Shown here one piece after another: positions 60,714 to 64,000 of a DNA stretch of 64,000 nucleotides (the first letter of the stretch is position 1; every line of letters begins with the position of its first letter). The position numbers and the translations under genes are program-made. The notes below the pieces were generated by a model. It saw nothing but the letters and a program-made list of their open reading frames with translations. It ran no database searches and was not told the DNA's origin. The stretch is from an uncultured delta proteobacterium (GTDB lineage: Bacteria; Myxococcota_A; Polyangia; Polyangiales; Polyangiaceae): NCBI GenBank assembly GCA_963850305.1, contig CAWKKR010000011.1, positions 384,001 to 448,000 of the forward strand. The letters are read 5' to 3'.

Positions 60714-60891
60714 CCCGCCCCGCCTCCGGCACCGCGAGATTCAACGCACGCGACGCTCCACGTCTTTGATTTGCGGAGAGGGCGGGATTCCGATTGCCTG
60801 GTGTAGGTTCGCATCCCGCCCCGCCTCCGGCACCGCGAGATTCAACGCACGCGACGCTCCACGTCTTTGATTTGCGGAGAGGGCGGGATTC
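60714..60891. repeat. 77-bp direct duplication of the tRNA 3' end plus its trailer
   Basis: 60714-60790 is identical to 60815-60891; 24-bp spacer between the copies. Confidence 0.9.
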
Positions 60892-60961
60892 GAACCCGCG
60901 GTGGAGTTTCCCCCACGCCCGCTTAGCAAGCGGGTACCTTCGGCCACTCGGTCACCTCTCC
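60875..60961 (-). tRNA. tRNA-Ser(GCT), long variable arm, CCA not encoded
   Basis: Acceptor stem GGAGAGG/CCTCTCC with discriminator G; anticodon arm CCCGC-TTGCTAA-GCGGG; T-loop GGTTCGAATCC. Confidence 0.96.
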
Positions 60962-61022
60962 GGTGCGAGGGGGCCGACACTACCCGTCCCGCAGGGTTCG
61001 TCAAGCGCCGGCGAGCGGCGCT

Positions 61023-62834
61023 TCACTTCACGTCGAGGGCGAAAGGAAGCGCAAGAATCGTGGTCTCGCCTTCGACGAGCGGGGCGAGCGACGCTACGAA
61101 GGGGCGCAGGGGCGCGGCAAGGCGCGCGAGCCACGGGGACGCTCCGGAGGCGCTGGTTCGCGCCACCTCCCGGGAACTCTCCGGACCATCCTCCGCGAAA
61201 AGTGTCTCGAGCATCGTCGCGCCGGCACCTTCGACGGTGACGGGGGCGTCGCCCGGAAGTCGCGCAAGGCCGCGCGCCACGTCGAGCGCTCGCCCGAGAC
61301 CACCGAGCTCGTCGACGAGATGCAAGTCGCGGCCTTGCACGCCGGACCAGATCCGTCCTTCCGCGACCGCGCGCACGGCGTCGATCGGCATGCCACGACC
61401 TTCGGCGACCCGACGAAGGAAGAGCTCGTACACGCTCTGCATCTGCCTCCGGACCTTCTCTCGCGTGGCGTCGTCCCAGGGCGATAGCGGAGAGAGAAAT
61501 GCGGCGCGACTCGCCGCACCCGCACCGGTGCTGGCCGGAAATGTCTCCGCGTGAACGCCGAGGTCCGACAGCGCGTCGTCGACGACGATCTTGCCCCCGA
61601 GCACACCGATCGAGCCGACGATGCTCGTCCGCTCGGCGACGATCTTGGTGGCCGCGCACGCGAGGTAATAACCGCCACTCGCCGCCATGTCGCCGACGGA
61701 CGCGACGACGGGCTTCTTCTTCCTGAGCTCCATGATGTCGTGCCACATGAGATCGCTCGCGAGCGCGGAGCCGCCCGGCGAGTCGATGCGGAGCACGACG
61801 GCCTTCACGGTGTCGTCGTCGGCGAGGCGACGGAACTCGTGTTCCATGCCCTTTGCGGTGATGCCCGAATCCGACGACAGGATGCCTCCGCCACTCATGG
61901 CGATCGAGCCTTGGGCGGGCAGCACCACGATGTGGGCGTGCCTGGTGGAACTGCCCGTTCCGGCGAGGAGACGAAGGAACTCGGCCGCTGGAAAGCCGGA
62001 ATCGTCCGAGCTCTTGTTCCCGAAGGCGACCGTCACGTGCGACGTCTTCGAGCGATCCTCGGCGTCCTTCCGTGCGTCGCTCTCGTAACCGACGGCGTCG
62101 ATGAGGCCGCGCTCCTTGGCTTCGTCCGGACCCCAGGGTCCATCCTCGAGGTCGCCCTCCTCCTTGGCCTTGCGCGCGGCGCCGTAGGTCTCGAGCCACG
62201 TACTCCTGATGGACGAGAGCACTGCCGTCAACGACTCGCGTGCCTCGTCGCTCGGTCCTTCTTGCGTGAGCGACTCTCCCGCACTCTTGAACCGCCCCAT
62301 GTGAAGGATGTCGGTGTGGATCTTGAGCTTGTCGAGCGCTCCCTTCAGGTACACGACCTGTCCCGCGATGCCGACCGTGTCGAGATCACCCGCTGGACTC
62401 AACCAGATGCGGCTGCAAGCGCGAGCGGTGAACCAGGCCGCGCGATTGTCGAGCACGTGTGCGTGGCACACGACGGGCTTGCCGGTCTTCTCGCGCAGCC
62501 GCTGGAAGGCGAGACCGAGCTCCTCCGCATGGGCCCAGCCCATCGTTTCTCCACCGAGCCGGAGGAAAAACCCGCGGGCAGACGCGTTCGTCGAGGCGCG
62601 TTCGATGTCGCGAATGAGGCCCGCGTACGTACGGGACGCCGGTGTCGGCAAGAAAAGGCCAGCGCCGGGCGTTTCGGGAATGCCGTTGGCGAAGTCGAAC
62701 TCGAGTACTTCGCCGGTCTTGTCGTCGGCTGGCGTCGCATCATCGCCGGGTTCGGTGTCGAGCGCGGCCGAGCGGAGCCTCCCGCTGCACGCAACGGCGA
62801 GGAGCGCCGTCGCGGCCCATCCAGCTTGCCTCAC
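61023..62834 (-). CDS. sppA: Signal peptide peptidase SppA (S49, two-domain), lipoprotein
   Basis: GRFKSAGE, RIDSPGGS, AASGGYY, GSIGV, AEGRIWSG. Confidence 0.9.
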   Translation of the reverse strand: MRQAGWAATALLAVACSGRLRSAALDTEPGDDATPADDKTGEVLEFDFANGIPETPGAGLFLPTPASRTYAGLIRDIERASTNASARGFFLRLGGETMGWAHAEELGLAFQRLREKTGKPVVCHAHVLDNRAAWFTARACSRIWLSPAGDLDTVGIAGQVVYLKGALDKLKIHTDILHMGRFKSAGESLTQEGPSDEARESLTAVLSSIRSTWLETYGAARKAKEEGDLEDGPWGPDEAKERGLIDAVGYESDARKDAEDRSKTSHVTVAFGNKSSDDSGFPAAEFLRLLAGTGSSTRHAHIVVLPAQGSIAMSGGGILSSDSGITAKGMEHEFRRLADDDTVKAVVLRIDSPGGSALASDLMWHDIMELRKKKPVVASVGDMAASGGYYLACAATKIVAERTSIVGSIGVLGGKIVVDDALSDLGVHAETFPASTGAGAASRAAFLSPLSPWDDATREKVRRQMQSVYELFLRRVAEGRGMPIDAVRAVAEGRIWSGVQGRDLHLVDELGGLGRALDVARGLARLPGDAPVTVEGAGATMLETLFAEDGPESSREVARTSASGASPWLARLAAPLRPFVASLAPLVEGETTILALPFALDVK

Positions 62835-64000
62835 TTGCCGAACCCCGGAAGATCGCTCGTGTCGACGTTGGACGGCGTGTTGGTCACCGGCGTGTGGTGT
62901 TCCGCGGCAGGCAGGTCGCTCGTGTCCGTGGGCGGCGGCTGGCTCGTGGCCGTCGGGGCGGCCGTCGGAGTCGCCGCGGGCGCGCGTGCGGAAGGGGTGC
63001 TGCTGCCCGACGCCCCCGCCGCTTCTGCGATCCGCGCAGAGGCGTGCTGGCCATAGGGCGTTCCGGGGTCGGCCTGCCCTGCAACACGCTTGTAGAGCGC
63101 GAGCGCTCCTGCTCGATTACCCGATGCCCACTTCATGTCGGCGCTCGCGATGAGCGTGGGAAGGTACGTGGGGTTCTGTTGAAGAACCGAGTCGTAAAAT
63201 GTCGCCGCGGCCGCCGTGTCCCCGCGCATGCGGGCGACGTCGCCCAGGCCCGCGAGCGCTTCGACGTTACCGGGTTGCTGCGCCCGAGCCGCGAGGTAGA
63301 GCGATTCGGCTCGCGTGAGATCGCCGCTCCGTTTCGCGGACGATGCATCCTCTAGCAGCTTCCGAAAATCCGTGACCTTCGGCACTGCCTCCGTTTGCTC
63401 GCCTCCGCTCGTCGGCTGGGCAACGGCTGGAACCGGGACGAGCGGCGACGCCACGCTCGGCGCTGCGGGCGCCGCACTCGCCGACGTCGTCGGCCCGGCT
63501 ACCGCGCGACCCACGAAGGCGCGCAGAGGCGAAAGGAGCGGGTTCGCTGGCGACGCGGACTCTAGCTTCGTGAGCTCGTCCTTCGCGGCGTCGACCGCGC
63601 CGGAGCTCGCAAGCGCGTAGATCAGGGCGGCGCGCGCGCGTCCGATGCCGCGCTCGGCCGACGCCGCGGCGCGCATGCGATCGATGATGGTCGGCCACGC
63701 GGGCTTCGGCTCGGCGAGATCGAGCGCGGCGAGCACGTAGGCGCTGTCGGGATCGGTCGCATCGGCGCCGAGCGACGCGACGAGGCCGCGGGCTCCAGCA
63801 ACGTTACCGTCGAGCCGGAGAGCGTCGATACGCACGCGCAGCACCGCAGGATCGTTCGGCGCAACGGCGGAGGCGGCATCCACGGCCTTGTGAACCTTCG
63901 CGATACGCTGCTCGAGCTCCGCCCGTCCGGCGTCCAGGTCCACCTTCTGGTTGGGATCGATGAGCCTGAGCGCGAGCCAGCTGACGTCGGCGCGCGCCGC
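62831..64000 (-). CDS. TPR-containing protein, C-terminal part (5' end beyond the window)
   Basis: TPR-like helices (EALAGLGDVAR); Pro/Thr-rich tail. Confidence 0.7.
   Translation of the reverse strand, partial: AARADVSWLALRLIDPNQKVDLDAGRAELEQRIAKVHKAVDAASAVAPNDPAVLRVRIDALRLDGNVAGARGLVASLGADATDPDSAYVLAALDLAEPKPAWPTIIDRMRAAASAERGIGRARAALIYALASSGAVDAAKDELTKLESASPANPLLSPLRAFVGRAVAGPTTSASAAPAAPSVASPLVPVPAVAQPTSGGEQTEAVPKVTDFRKLLEDASSAKRSGDLTRAESLYLAARAQQPGNVEALAGLGDVARMRGDTAAAATFYDSVLQQNPTYLPTLIASADMKWASGNRAGALALYKRVAGQADPGTPYGQHASARIAEAAGASGSSTPSARAPAATPTAAPTATSQPPPTDTSDLPAAEHHTPVTNTPSNVDTSDLPGFGK

Noticed and set aside
60714..60830. Second tRNA gene
   Set aside because: Only 3'-terminal fragments are present; there is no D-arm or anticodon arm
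54400..61000. Prophage, IS element, retron or DGR in the accessory region
   Set aside because: No integrase, transposase, reverse transcriptase or phage structural motifs were recognised

Overview
High-GC bacterial chromosome segment whose gene content and style point to Myxococcota, probably Polyangiaceae-like (inference from many lipoproteins, Cys-rich CGDGxC repeats, a PEGA Ser/Thr kinase, an FHA protein and a sigma-54 regulator). Positions 1-54400 are mostly core genes: the uvrA 5' end, msrBA, smpB, lipB, mnmA-tilS-ftsH, a CCA-type nucleotidyltransferase, a lolC/E-like permease, cysD-cysNC, aat and rfbD. The most unusual part is a ~6.5 kb accessory region with no integrase (54500-60961) at the 3' end of a tRNA-Ser(GCT) gene. 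It holds several direct and inverted copies of the tRNA 3' end and trailer, internally deleted remnants of a neighbouring secreted-protein gene, an intact MNT-HEPN (MntA/HepT-type) pair, an ABC-type ATPase plus TOPRIM-like (DUF4276-like) pair, and a ~760-bp 21/42-bp tandem array directly downstream of the HEPN gene. Two single-base frameshifts sit at short homopolymers and may be sequencing errors; one phosphoesterase gene appears internally deleted. All family assignments come from motif recognition by eye; no database searches were run.
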